DNA of 64,000 bases from Myxococcales bacterium (GCA_045863395.1 BTVJ01000014.1:1-64000), one strand, 5' to 3'; shown: positions 50,501 to 59,022, counted from the stretch's first letter. The notes: generated by a model not told the origin, from the sequence alone. Numbers and translations are program-made.

Positions 50501-53500
50501 CATCCACCGTCACGATGCCCGGCGCCTCCGCCCCGAAGCTCAGCCACGGGTGCCCGGTGACGTCCATGACGCTCCCGCCGTTGGTGTCTCCGTCGTCTGA
50601 GAAGCGCAGGAAGGTGTGGGCCTGCACGGTCGCGTACTCCGCGTCCAGGAAGGCCGTCGCGCGGAGGCGGCCGTGGACCTCGCCGACCTGTGCCGCGATG
50701 GGCGTGCCCGGCGAGACGGGCAGGGTCTCCACCTTCGCGGGCAGGACCACGTCGAGGGACACGGGCGTGACGGGGGTCGCCGACACCGTCACCGTGGCCG
50801 ACCCGAGGGGCTGGCCGGCTACGGAGGCGGCGATGGTCGCGGCGCCGGGCGTGGCCGCCGTCACGGCACCCGTCGGGCTCACGGTGGCCGCGGTGCCCTG
50901 CACCGACCACGAGACGAGGGACCCGAGATCGACGGTGAACGACACCGGCCCGCCGCGGAACGTCGCCAGGGCGCGCGCGCGGGTCGACTGCCAGCCGCCG
51001 AGGCCCGTGATCGGCTGGAGCACCGGGTCGCCGAGCACCACGTCCACGGGCAGCTCCAGGGCCGCGACCCGGAGGGGGACCGTGGCGGTGTGGCCCGCGG
51101 CGGTCACGACGATGGAGGCGAGCCCGCCGTAGGAGCCGGCGACGGCCACGCAGCCCGCCTGGACACCGAGCACCGCCGGGTTGGTGGAGATGCAGGAGGT
51201 CCCCCCGCTGGCGGCGATGTCCGTCGTCGTCGCGTCGGACCGCAGCCCGAGCACGTGGATCTGCGACGTGCGAGCGAGCCCCGGGATGCCGGCAAGCCCC
51301 ACGAGCTGGTGCTCGGTGGCCCACACCTGCAGGCCCGTCACGGAGATTGTGGCGACGGTGACCTGCCCCGTCGTCGATGAGCCTGAGCCATCCCGCAGGA
51401 CCATCGGCGCGTTGGTGGCGAGCTTCGTCAAGGAAGTAGAGTACAAATCGACCAAGAGGCCCGTGATCTGGGTCACAGCACCCGGGGTCGCCCCAGGCTT
51501 GATCTGGAACGTGACGGTCGCCACGTGGACGGTGTCGCCGGAGGCGCCCGGGCTGCCCACGCTCTCGTTGATGGCGTTGAAGGCGAGGGTGCCCGTGGTG
51601 TTGGCGTCGCCGCCCGCGTTGTGTACGGGCAGCCCCATCGGGGCGGCGGCCCCCTTGGCCACGGCGGTCACCGCGAGCACGGCGGGATCGAAGAAGAGGC
51701 GCGCGTCGTAGCTGCCGATGGACTGGCCCGCCGAGTGGATGAGCACCGGCACCTGGAAGGTCGTGCCCGCATAGCGCGGCCCGAGCGGGAGGCGGGCGCC
51801 GGCGGTGGCTGGTGCGAGGGCCAAGGGGGCGGGCGACGCGACCGCGGTGACGGCCACGGGCGCGGACGCGACGGGCCCCGACGTCGCGACGACGGAGAGG
51901 GAGCCCCCGCCGCTCAAGGCCGCGCCCGGGATGTTCAGGTTGGTCTCGCAGCGGCCGTCCGCCCCGAGGGAGCAGGAGAAGGACCCCGACCAGGCACCGG
52001 TGACCGTCAGGGTCACGCCGGTGCCCGTGGCGGCCTGGCGCCCCTCCGTGTCGCGACCCGTGACCCACGCGCGGGTCAGGGAGTCGTCCTCGCGGAGCGT
52101 CAGCGCCGACAGCGAGAGGTCCAGCGACCCGATGGGGCCGGCGCTCACCGCCAGGGGCGCAGCGCCGCCCGGCACGCCCAGCGCCTCGCCGGAGACCGCG
52201 CCCGAGCGGTTCGGGCGCGCGAGGCCCACGATGGCGGACGCATACTTGCCCTCGCCGATGGTCTCCACGATGCCCGAGGCCGCGCCGACGCTGGACGAGA
52301 AGACGACGGGGAGCCACGGAACGCCGGGCTCGATGGGGTCGCAGGGCTCCTCGTCCGTCGAGCCGTCGCAGTCGTCGTCGGCGCCGTTGGCGCACAGCTC
52401 CAGGCCCGTGGAGCCAGCACAGACACCGGCGCCGCACTCGTCGAGCGCCGTGCACGGGTCGCCGTCGTCGCAGTCCGTGCCGTCGATGCCGGCAACCCCG
52501 CACGAGCCGGTCAGCGGGTCACACACATCGAGGGTGCAGACGTTTCCGTCGGCCGTGCACGTCGTTGGCGCGCCCGGCAGGCAGGCGCCAGCGAGGCAGG
52601 CGTCGCCGGTGGTGCAGAGATCGCCGTCCTCGCACGGCGTCCCATTGTCGGGGACCTGGCTGCACGCGCCGGTCTGCGGGTCGCACACGCCGGCCGTGCA
52701 GGGGTTGCCGTCCTCGCTGCACGACAGCGGGGTGCCCGGCTCGCACGCGCCGGCGGCGCAGGCGTCGTTGAGGGTGCAGGCGTTGCCGTCGTCGCAGGGG
52801 CCCGGGGCGGCCACGCCGCAGAGCCCCGTGGCGGGGGTGCAGACGTCTGCGGTGCAGGGGTTGCCGTCGTCGGGGCAGGTGACGGGGGCGCCCGGGGCGC
52901 AGGCGCCTGCGGAGCAGGTGTCGCCGAGCGTGCAGGCGTCGCCATCGTCGCAGGGCGCGCCGTTGACGAAGGGCAGGCCGCAGAGGCCCGTGGCCGGGGC
53001 GCACACGTCCACGGTGCACACGTCGCCGTCGTCGGGGCAGGTGACCTCCGCGCCGGCGCAGCCGCCCGCGCCGCACACGTCCCCGGTCGTGCACAGGTCG
53101 CCGTCGTCGCACGGCAGCCCCGGGGCGGCCGTCCAGCCGACGGGGTCTGTCGCGAGCGCGCACACGAGGCACGGGTCGTCCGCCTTGGTGGCGCCGTCGG
53201 CGACGCAGAGCCCGCCGATGTCGCACTTGTCGGGGCAGGTGCAGGCGTTGATTGCGGTGGGGACGCTCGCCGGGTTCAGTGGATCGGTGCCGTTGAGCGC
53301 CTCGCAGGTGTCGGGGAACCCGTCGTCGTCGTCGTCCGGGTCGCAGCCGTTGTGCAGGCCGTCGAGATCCGGGTCGTTCTGGGCGAGCAGCGCCGTCACC
53401 CCCTCGTCACCGCTCAGCTTCACGAGGCGTATCAAGATGATCTGCTGTACGTCGAGCACGTTGATCTTGCCGTCGCACTGGAGGTCCACGTCCGCGTCGG

Positions 53501-53690
53501 GCAGCGACTGGCAGGGCGGGTCCGCCTCGCCCTGCGCGTTGGCCAGGGTCGCCAGGATGTAGCAGTTGACGTCGCTGACGTTGACCAGCTCGTCGCCGTT
53601 GATGTCCCCGGTGTGCAGGGGCAGGGCGAGAGCGGGGGCGGTCATCGCTGCAATGGCCGCGAGGACGTACAGAGGGGTGCGCAGGGACAT
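47511..53690 (-). CDS. 2059-aa secreted protein with dockerin-like, cohesin-like, Ig-like and Cys-rich repeat domains
   Basis: Signal peptide and GGAGG RBS; GDINGDELVNVSD..DLQCDGKINVLD; many CDDGxxCTxxDxC repeats; FQVPV..SYDARLFFDPAVL and FTMPV..AFDLEIHFDPAVI; GDANDD..DAFPDGAVNVND. Confidence 0.88.
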   Translation of the reverse strand: MSLRTPLYVLAAIAAMTAPALALPLHTGDINGDELVNVSDVNCYILATLANAQGEADPPCQSLPDADVDLQCDGKINVLDVQQIILIRLVKLSGDEGVTALLAQNDPDLDGLHNGCDPDDDDDGFPDTCEALNGTDPLNPASVPTAINACTCPDKCDIGGLCVADGATKADDPCLVCALATDPVGWTAAPGLPCDDGDLCTTGDVCGAGGCAGAEVTCPDDGDVCTVDVCAPATGLCGLPFVNGAPCDDGDACTLGDTCSAGACAPGAPVTCPDDGNPCTADVCTPATGLCGVAAPGPCDDGNACTLNDACAAGACEPGTPLSCSEDGNPCTAGVCDPQTGACSQVPDNGTPCEDGDLCTTGDACLAGACLPGAPTTCTADGNVCTLDVCDPLTGSCGVAGIDGTDCDDGDPCTALDECGAGVCAGSTGLELCANGADDDCDGSTDEEPCDPIEPGVPWLPVVFSSSVGAASGIVETIGEGKYASAIVGLARPNRSGAVSGEALGVPGGAAPLAVSAGPIGSLDLSLSALTLREDDSLTRAWVTGRDTEGRQAATGTGVTLTVTGAWSGSFSCSLGADGRCETNLNIPGAALSGGGSLSVVATSGPVASAPVAVTAVASPAPLALAPATAGARLPLGPRYAGTTFQVPVLIHSAGQSIGSYDARLFFDPAVLAVTAVAKGAAAPMGLPVHNAGGDANTTGTLAFNAINESVGSPGASGDTVHVATVTFQIKPGATPGAVTQITGLLVDLYSTSLTKLATNAPMVLRDGSGSSTTGQVTVATISVTGLQVWATEHQLVGLAGIPGLARTSQIHVLGLRSDATTTDIAASGGTSCISTNPAVLGVQAGCVAVAGSYGGLASIVVTAAGHTATVPLRVAALELPVDVVLGDPVLQPITGLGGWQSTRARALATFRGGPVSFTVDLGSLVSWSVQGTAATVSPTGAVTAATPGAATIAASVAGQPLGSATVTVSATPVTPVSLDVVLPAKVETLPVSPGTPIAAQVGEVHGRLRATAFLDAEYATVQAHTFLRFSDDGDTNGGSVMDVTGHPWLSFGAEAPGIVTVDEDGLVTAIGSGLTDVQAVLGDGAAGTLAVGEGPINVVLPAASSASLSPATFDLALSPTDTAATHLNLPVTKQLTVTVHYVDGSSTDFTNDPRTQWDATTLDPDDLITVSGSGLVTSTGNGVGTAKVRVTFDTFPAEVFAEATVEVVTHGALQLSAWEPYTPSGPKAPESLLSYIEGTTTRQTALLELVETFSNGASVNITTRPDTVWVVRDPVTKAPKAGVLSISGGVVSAVATGTAEIVGTSVGHASNAVPMDVDGGHVDLVALTATVASGATFSGVKDAGTTQMTVWGTFSDGTRRQLTGANLVAGLLDFASTATQFATISATGLATIRGNGPTSLTVDVANDAGAAFGPPVAVPIACNLTPATGDVDLGDTSGLAHKDRLPNELFTMPVRINTGGAGLGAFDLEIHFDPAVIEAMGVTPGAGLGAGTTFSGNASTTPGTVFINGFSSPTGSPPSGSAVEIAKIQFRAIKSAGPAITPVEGVIKQVVAIDGTTAIGPPTPRNLIAGAGDLDPACPNDPVLGDANDDCSLAANDGLFVQQALAGLVTMTPGQLSKADAFPDGAVNVNDAYFLSRVLARLTHFVSAEATPSGPGQWDLVATIRDREQAPVDTQLAVSFEVRTLANAGALAFSSASVATLDGRMGAGAPMGGGTWATTVSGLTTPEVGVGVVIILDVLDPVGGIVESVAFLGSRVTDPAAGVFVPLVTFDVPQAQCATLDCDDGDPCTTDSCTAEEGCVHSPSVGASCNDGNPCTVDDTCSAAGCAGITITCPPTGDPCTLDVCNPATGACGIPAADSTPCDDGDACTTADVCVAQVCGGTPYAACEDPGYGLLCVLTGEVGETVECQVQLARTAQGDLPAAALQLTLHYDTRLVFNQISDGVHPIFGFPWTIPSPFSSLQSGHSLSMQPNQLSNWVGVGTMILANASDPTVPLTDAWIQQGVVMGDPVLMTLHFTIDQSIPPGAPAEVWVTGVAAADKTSAGLTVGTTFLVIQTSP

Positions 53691-53787
53691 GGGGTCCTCC
53701 CAAGGTGACGGGTGCGCCCAGCATAGACCGCGGGGGAGGAAGGGGACAAGGGATTGCTTGCGGTGCCGGGTGCGTTAGGATGCGCCG

Positions 53788-54477
53788 ATGGCACCACCGA
53801 GGAAACCGAAGCTGCGCACCGTGCTCCTGATCGGGGGCGCCCTGGGCCTCGCCGGCGCCGCGCTCGTCGCAGGGGCCAACGCGTGGGTGCTCACGAGCGG
53901 TGGGGAGATCTTCGAAGCCCCCCCGTCCGTGCCCCCCCGCACCGTCGCCATCGTGCCCGGCGCGCGCGTGCTGCGGGACGGGACCCCGATGCCGGCCCTG
54001 GAGGACCGCCTGCTCGCGGCCCTCGCTCTGTGGCGGGCGGGGACCGTGAAGCGCATCCTCGTGTCCGGCGACCACGGCACGACGGGCTACGACGAGGTCA
54101 ACGGCATGCAGCGCTGGCTCGTCGAGCGCGGCGTGCCCACCGAGGCAATCTTCCTCGACCACGCGGGGCTCCGCACCCTCGACACCATGGCCCGGGCCGC
54201 GAGCGTGTTCCAGGTCAGAGACGCGGTGGTGTGCACCCAGCGCTTCCACCTCCCAAGGGCGCTGTTCCTCGCGCGGCACCATGGCATCGACGCGGTGGGC
54301 CTCGTCGCCGACCGCCGCGAGTACGTGGACGCCCGCCGCGACGCGCTGCGCGAGGTGGTCGCCCGCACCCGCGCGGCGGCGGACGTCGTCCTCGGGGTGG
54401 GCCCCCGCCACCTGGGCGACCCCATCCCCATCGACGGGAGCGCGTCGGCTTCGCATGATCGGTGGAGCCAGCGGTGA
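53788..54477 (+). CDS. SanA/YdcF (DUF218) family membrane protein
   Basis: N-terminal TM; AIVPGA, LEDRL, ILVSGD, YDEV, LDHAGLRTLDT, TQRFHLPRA, REVVAR. Confidence 0.9.
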   Translation: MAPPRKPKLRTVLLIGGALGLAGAALVAGANAWVLTSGGEIFEAPPSVPPRTVAIVPGARVLRDGTPMPALEDRLLAALALWRAGTVKRILVSGDHGTTGYDEVNGMQRWLVERGVPTEAIFLDHAGLRTLDTMARAASVFQVRDAVVCTQRFHLPRALFLARHHGIDAVGLVADRREYVDARRDALREVVARTRAAADVVLGVGPRHLGDPIPIDGSASASHDRWSQR

Positions 54478-54542
54478 GCCGAGAGGCTGCTCCAGGGCGC
54501 CCCTGGGGGCGGGCGGCCTTCACCCTGTCGGTCGGCTCCTGA

Positions 54543-54646
54543 TCAATCCCTCAGCCAGTCCTGGAGCTCGAGCCCCGGGATCCGCCGAGGACCTCCTCCC
54601 GGCCGCGCATGAGGGCGATTCACCCGTACGAGTCCAGCAGCCTCAC
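54543..54646 (-). pseudogene. collapsed vapC (PIN toxin) remnant
   Basis: GTG overlapping the antitoxin stop gives MRLLDSYG*IALMRGREEVL, joined out of frame to RRIPGLELQDWLRD*. These resemble the two ends of a VapC with the middle missing. Confidence 0.7.
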
Positions 54647-54850
54647 AGGTCGCCGTCCCGTCCCGGCGTGCGCGCCGCGTAGATGTCGGCCACCTCGTCC
54701 TCGAACGAGCGGTCTGACGACCAGCCCCCCGCCAGGGCCCGCCAGGCCTCGACGTGCGCACGGGCGCGCTCCTCCGCCGTCTCCATTGCCGCGAGCCCTC
54801 TCTCGATGAGGAGCAGGGCCTCCTGGTTGATGCTCCGGCGCTCCGATCCT
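54643..54850 (-). pseudogene. 5'-truncated FitA/Arc-like ribbon-helix-helix antitoxin
   Basis: SERRSINQEALLLIERGL...LAGGWSSDRSFEDEVADIYAARTPGR; the N-terminal strand-helix and a credible start are absent. Confidence 0.65.
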
Positions 54851-54878
54851 GGATGCCACGGCACGCCGGCGCCGCCGC

Positions 54879-55691
54879 TCAGGCCAGCGCGGGCTGCTCC
54901 GCTGGAGCGGGGGCCGGGGCGGGCTTCGGCGCCGTCTTGGGCTTTGCATCCACCGCGTGGAGCGCCGGGAAGCCGACCTGCGCCCACGGCTCGTGCCGGA
55001 GGAGCCAGAGGGCCGCGGACCGGACCTCGTCGTAGCTCAGTCGCAGCAGCGTGAACACGCGCTCGGGGAGGTCGGCGGGCGTGCCCGGCAGGCGGACGCC
55101 CGCGATGGTCGCGAGGATCTCGTCGCCGTCGCGTCGCGCGTCGCTGGCGTCCGTCGCTTGCCAGTACTTCGTGTCACCTTCGAGCATCGAGCGGTGCGCG
55201 TCGTACAAGACCGCGAGGCGCTGCAGGTCCATGGCCAGGTCCGTGTGTCCGCCGCCCGACCGGATGGACGCGATCTCCGCCCCGGTCTCTGCCAGGTCCC
55301 CGAGATAGTACGTGGCGGCGGCCAACATGCGCGACCGCCGGGAGACTGCCTCCTCCACCAGCTTCACCGGCAGCTTGGCGCTCGTCGCGACGGCGTCCGC
55401 CTGCAGCGCCTGCTGATACAGGTGAACGGCCGCCCACCCCAGATCTGCGAGGCGCGCCAGGTGAACCGGCGAGAGCTCGGCGGGCGGCAGCGCGGCAAAC
55501 CGCGCCGCCAGCGCATCGTCCTCGGTGACCCGCCGCGCCACCCCGATGGCGCGGAGCCCTGCGTTCAGGAGCCCCGCCGTGATCCGCTGCACCTCCCCCG
55601 GTGCCAGAGCCTCCGCCGCCTCCCGCACCGCTGCCAGCGCCGCCTCGCCCCGCGCGGGCGTGTACTCCAGCTCCACCGCGTCCGTCGTCAT
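54879..55691 (-). CDS. hypothetical alpha-helical protein
   Basis: GGGAGG RBS, host-like codon usage; the C-terminal RVFTLLRLSYDEVRSAALWL motif resembles an uncharacterised family I recall from myxobacteria (not verified). Confidence 0.8.
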   Translation of the reverse strand: MTTDAVELEYTPARGEAALAAVREAAEALAPGEVQRITAGLLNAGLRAIGVARRVTEDDALAARFAALPPAELSPVHLARLADLGWAAVHLYQQALQADAVATSAKLPVKLVEEAVSRRSRMLAAATYYLGDLAETGAEIASIRSGGGHTDLAMDLQRLAVLYDAHRSMLEGDTKYWQATDASDARRDGDEILATIAGVRLPGTPADLPERVFTLLRLSYDEVRSAALWLLRHEPWAQVGFPALHAVDAKPKTAPKPAPAPAPAEQPALA

Positions 55692-56040
55692 GGATCGCCT
55701 CCCGTGTCGAGCGGGCGCCCGTCCCCCAACCCTAGGGGACCCGCCCGCTCCGCCTTTGACTTCGGTCGCCGAGTGTGCGTCGGTACGGTTGAAAAGGCAA
55801 GCTCCCATTGGGCGTGCGGATGGGGGACGATCCGAGCATGGTTCCGAACGATCCCAACCCTTGCGCAGAGGGTCCAGCCACCCTTCGGTGCAGCGCGTGC
55901 TTCGCGGGGGAGCCACGGAGGGCCGCAGCGGACGATCCGCTGGCGCGCTTGACAGCGGTCGGCGCGGCGCCGACGATGATTCGAGGCCGCTGGCACTGTA
56001 CCTGCTGGAAGCTGACGCCGAGGGTCCAAGGAGAGCCGCC

Positions 56041-56268
56041 GTGCTGAAGTCCGTGCGCGCCATCGTAGACGAAGAGGGGACCGTCCGAGTCCTGGAGCCG
56101 ATGAAGCTCGACCGCCCGACGATGGCCATCCTCACACTCCTCGACGACGGAGACGCTGCTGAGTCGGTCTCTCATCCAGAGACCGCCATCCTGAGCGAGA
56201 TAGCCCTCGATGACTGGAACAGGCCGGAGGAGGACGAGGCATGGGCGCACCTGCAGCCGGATCGGTAG
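56041..56268 (+). CDS. putative antitoxin of the mazF module
   Basis: AAGGAG RBS + GTG; acidic tail ETAILSEIALDDWNRPEEDEAWAHL; overlaps the toxin start. Confidence 0.8.
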   Translation: MLKSVRAIVDEEGTVRVLEPMKLDRPTMAILTLLDDGDAAESVSHPETAILSEIALDDWNRPEEDEAWAHLQPDR

Positions 56269-56576
56269 TCCTGCTCCCGTTTCCCTTCTCCGACCTGTCA
56301 CACTCCAAGCGGCGTCCAGCGGTCGTTCTTGCGAGCGTCGGGCAGGGTGACTGCGTGCAGGTGACGAGCAACCCCTATGGAGCTCCCCATGCCATCTCCA
56401 ATGCCGACGGCGACCTCGCCGAGGGCGGCCTGCACCACGAGAGCTTCGCGCGCCCCGGCAAGCTCTTCACGGCGAGCGAGAGCCTCTTCGTTGCGACACC
56501 TGGCCGGCTCCGACCCGCGAAGCATGGGGAGGTGATCGACGCCGTGGTCGGCCTTCTGCGCTTCGGGGCGCACTGA
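56241..56576 (+). CDS. mazF: type II TA toxin, PemK/MazF family
   Basis: GSVVLLPFPFSDLSHSKRRPAVVL, QVTS, SFARPGKLFT. Confidence 0.9.
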   Translation: MGAPAAGSVVLLPFPFSDLSHSKRRPAVVLASVGQGDCVQVTSNPYGAPHAISNADGDLAEGGLHHESFARPGKLFTASESLFVATPGRLRPAKHGEVIDAVVGLLRFGAH

Positions 56577-56630
56577 ACGTCCGTCGCGAGGGAGGGTCAA
56601 CCCGGCGCCCGGTGGGGGACCGCGCCTTCG

Positions 56631-56904
56631 GAACGGTAGGGACCGTTCCAGAGGATCGCGAGCGCTCTCCGCGCACGGTGGGGACCGTTCCGCAAGACCA
56701 CCAACGCCCTCCGCGAACGGTGGGGACCGTTCTGCAAGACCACCAACGCCCTCCGCGAAGGGTCCCCACCGTCCCTTGAACCGTTTCAAGCACCCTCCGC
56801 CACCCTCTGGAACGGTGGGGACCGTTCCCCGGACGTGCCCTGGGAACGGTGGGGACCGTTGTGTAGGGCAGGTTGACCACCTCCGCGAACGGTGGGGACC
56901 GTTC
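56631..56904. repeat. array of seven 18-bp palindromic units, consensus GAACGGT-GGGG-ACCGTTC
   Basis: Units start at 56631, 56673, 56715, 56757 (inverted, GAAGGGTCCCCACCGTCC), 56810, 56844 and 56887; start-to-start spacing 42, 42, 42, 53, 34, 43. Confidence 0.92.
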
Positions 56905-56950
56905 GCCGGTCCTTCCGGTCAGCCCCCCGTCCAGGGCGCCCACGCCGCCA

Positions 56951-56980
56951 TTGACCCGGCGGGCGGCCGCTTGCTACAAC
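56951..56980 (+). promoter_or_regulatory. putative sigma70 promoter, leaderless start of the helicase gene
   Basis: TTGACC-N18-TACAAC with TGn extension, 6 nt before ATG 56987. Confidence 0.5.
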
Positions 56981-56986
56981 CGGGCG

Positions 56987-58265
56987 ATGAGCACCGCCTA
57001 CCATGCGCGCTACGGAGCGCTGGAGCTGCGGCGCCGGGGGGTCTCGGGGGAGGTCGAGGCCCTCGGCTCCGCCCTGTTCGACGCGCGCGTCGACCTGAAC
57101 CCGCACCAGATCGAGGCCGCCCTGTTCGGGCTCCGCGCCACGGCAGAGAGCGGCCGGCTCCTCGCCGACGAGGTGGGCCTCGGCAAGACCATCGAGGCGG
57201 CCCTCGTGCTGTGCCAGCGGTGGGCCGAGCGCCGGCGCCGGCTCCTCGTGGTCTGCCCCGCCGCCATCCGCAGGCAGTGGTGCGCCGAGCTGGAGTCGAA
57301 GTTCGGTCTGCCCGTCCGCTTGGTGGAAGGCCGCTCCGACGCCAACCCCTTCGACGTGCCCGCCGTGGCGGTCGCCTCGTACCCCTACGCGGCGCGCCGT
57401 GCCTCGGACCTCGCCGCCGTGCCGTGGGACCTCGTGGTCTTCGACGAGGCGCACCGCCTGCGCAACGCCTGGAAGAGCGACAGCCGCCAGTCGGCGACGC
57501 TGCTCTCCTCCCTTGCGGCGGCGCCCAAGCTGCTGCTGACGGCGACCCCGCTCCAGAGCTCGCTCCTCGAGCTCTACGGGCTCGTCAGCGTGCTCGACCC
57601 CCACGTCTTCGGCGACGTGGATGCCTTCAAGGCCCGCTTCGTGAAGGGCCGCCCCGACCTCGCCGCCCTGCGTGAGCGTTTGCGCGGCGTCTCCAGCCGC
57701 ACGCTGCGCCGCTCCGTGCTGCCCTACATCCAGTACACGAGCCGCCGCTCCCTCACTGAGCGCTTCCGGTCGTCTCCCGAGGAGCGCCGTCTCTATGGGG
57801 CCGTCTCCGAGCTCCTCGCCCGCGACGCCCTCCTCTGCCTGCCTCGCTCGCAGCGGGCGCTCGTGACCATGGTGCTCCGCAAGCTCCTGGCCTCCTCGTC
57901 GGCGGCGATCGCGTCGGCGCTCGGCACCCTGCGGGACCGACTGCATGCGCAGCAGGCCCCCGACCCGGCCGCCTTCGACGACGAGGGCCTCGACCCCGAG
58001 TGGGCCGACGTGGTCGAGGAGCCCGACGCGCCGCAGGAGGCCACTGCCGAGCGCGTCGCCCGCGAGATCGAGGAGCTGGATGGCCTCGTGGCGCTGGCCC
58101 GCTCCATCGGCACCGACCAGCGCATGCGGGCCTTGCTGCGGGGGCTTCGCCGTCGAGGACGAGGTCCGCGCCCGCCGCCGCGAGCTCCTCGACCGCATTG
58201 AGAAGCAGCTCGCTAAGGCCAGCGAGCGGATGCCCGTGGTCACCGTCGCGTTCACCGTCGTCTGA
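56987..58265 (+). pseudogene. SNF2-like helicase (type III RM-associated / DrmD-like) with large internal deletion
   Basis: VDLNPHQIEAA, LADEVGLGKT, FDEAHRLRN and LLTATPLQ are present. The HelicaseC domain is absent. Near 58145 the frame jumps to a C-terminal-looking FAVEDEVRARRRELLDRIEKQL...FTVV*. Confidence 0.85.
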
Positions 58266-58331
58266 CCCCGTGTGCGGGGCGAGGGGATGTGCTCCCCGGG
58301 GGACGGGCCGCGTCTGACCCCGCGTGCGGGG
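58259..58331. repeat. two 21-bp direct repeats, each with a hairpin, 31 bp apart
   Basis: CGTCTGACCCCGTGTGCGGGG (58259-58279) and CGTCTGACCCCGCGTGCGGGG (58311-58331). Confidence 0.7.
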
Positions 58332-58388
58332 GGAGGAGAGCCCAAGCCAGGGGAGAACGCGGTTGCGCCAATACCCACCGCTGGGCTA

Positions 58389-58936
58389 TGAATGGGCGGG
58401 GCCGTTGCCAAAGAACCACCGGATCGGGCAGGGGGCAGACCGTGGAAGAACCCGTCAGCTCGGTTGGAGTCGACGCGGAGGGGCCGGCGACCCCTCTGCG
58501 TGTGAAGGCAGTCCTCGATGCCTTCCAGGGGATCGAGCGACTCGCGACCGAACAGATATCGGTCATCGGGAGCACTGTCGTACACAGCCCCGTGCTGCGG
58601 GTCGGTCGGTCGTCAGACAAGCGGCGAGCGCACTGGGCCGCACGCATCAAGGTCTACGGCGAGCTGCTGGACGTGCCGGCAGTCGAGTCCACCAGACCGA
58701 AGCTCATCCAGGCTCTGGACCAGGGGCGCACCGTCGCAGCGCGCATACACGCACGCTGGGTGCGGGCCGACGACGAGTCCTGGGCCATCGACCTGGCACA
58801 CTCGCGGATCACCGAAGTGACCGACTCCGAGCGCGTCCAGGCCGAGCCAGGCACCTGGAGCACATTGCCCGGCGTCATCTCGCAGTCGCGGGTAGCGCAG
58901 CTCCTGGCGGAGGAGGCAGCCGAGTGGGACGGGTAG
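58389..58936 (+). CDS. hypothetical protein, possible partner of the PIN gene
   Basis: Open frame with protein-like composition and an acidic C-terminus overlapping the PIN start; start uncertain. Confidence 0.55.
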
Positions 58937-59022
58937 CCATCGACAGCAATGTCCTCATTCGGGCGCTGGCCGCGATGCCCATGGATGTCGCGGCCGTTGA
59001 TCACGTTACGTCTGCCTGCGTG
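58924..59022 (+). pseudogene. N-terminal fragment of a PIN-domain protein
   Basis: GGAGGAGG + GTG, MGRVAIDSNVLIRAL; after about 33 codons the frame runs into the antisense of the endonuclease gene. Confidence 0.6.

Noticed and set aside
56631..56904. CRISPR array
   Set aside because: Units are only 18 bp, spacers are 16-35 bp and related to each other (two nearly identical), one unit is inverted, and no cas genes are in the window.
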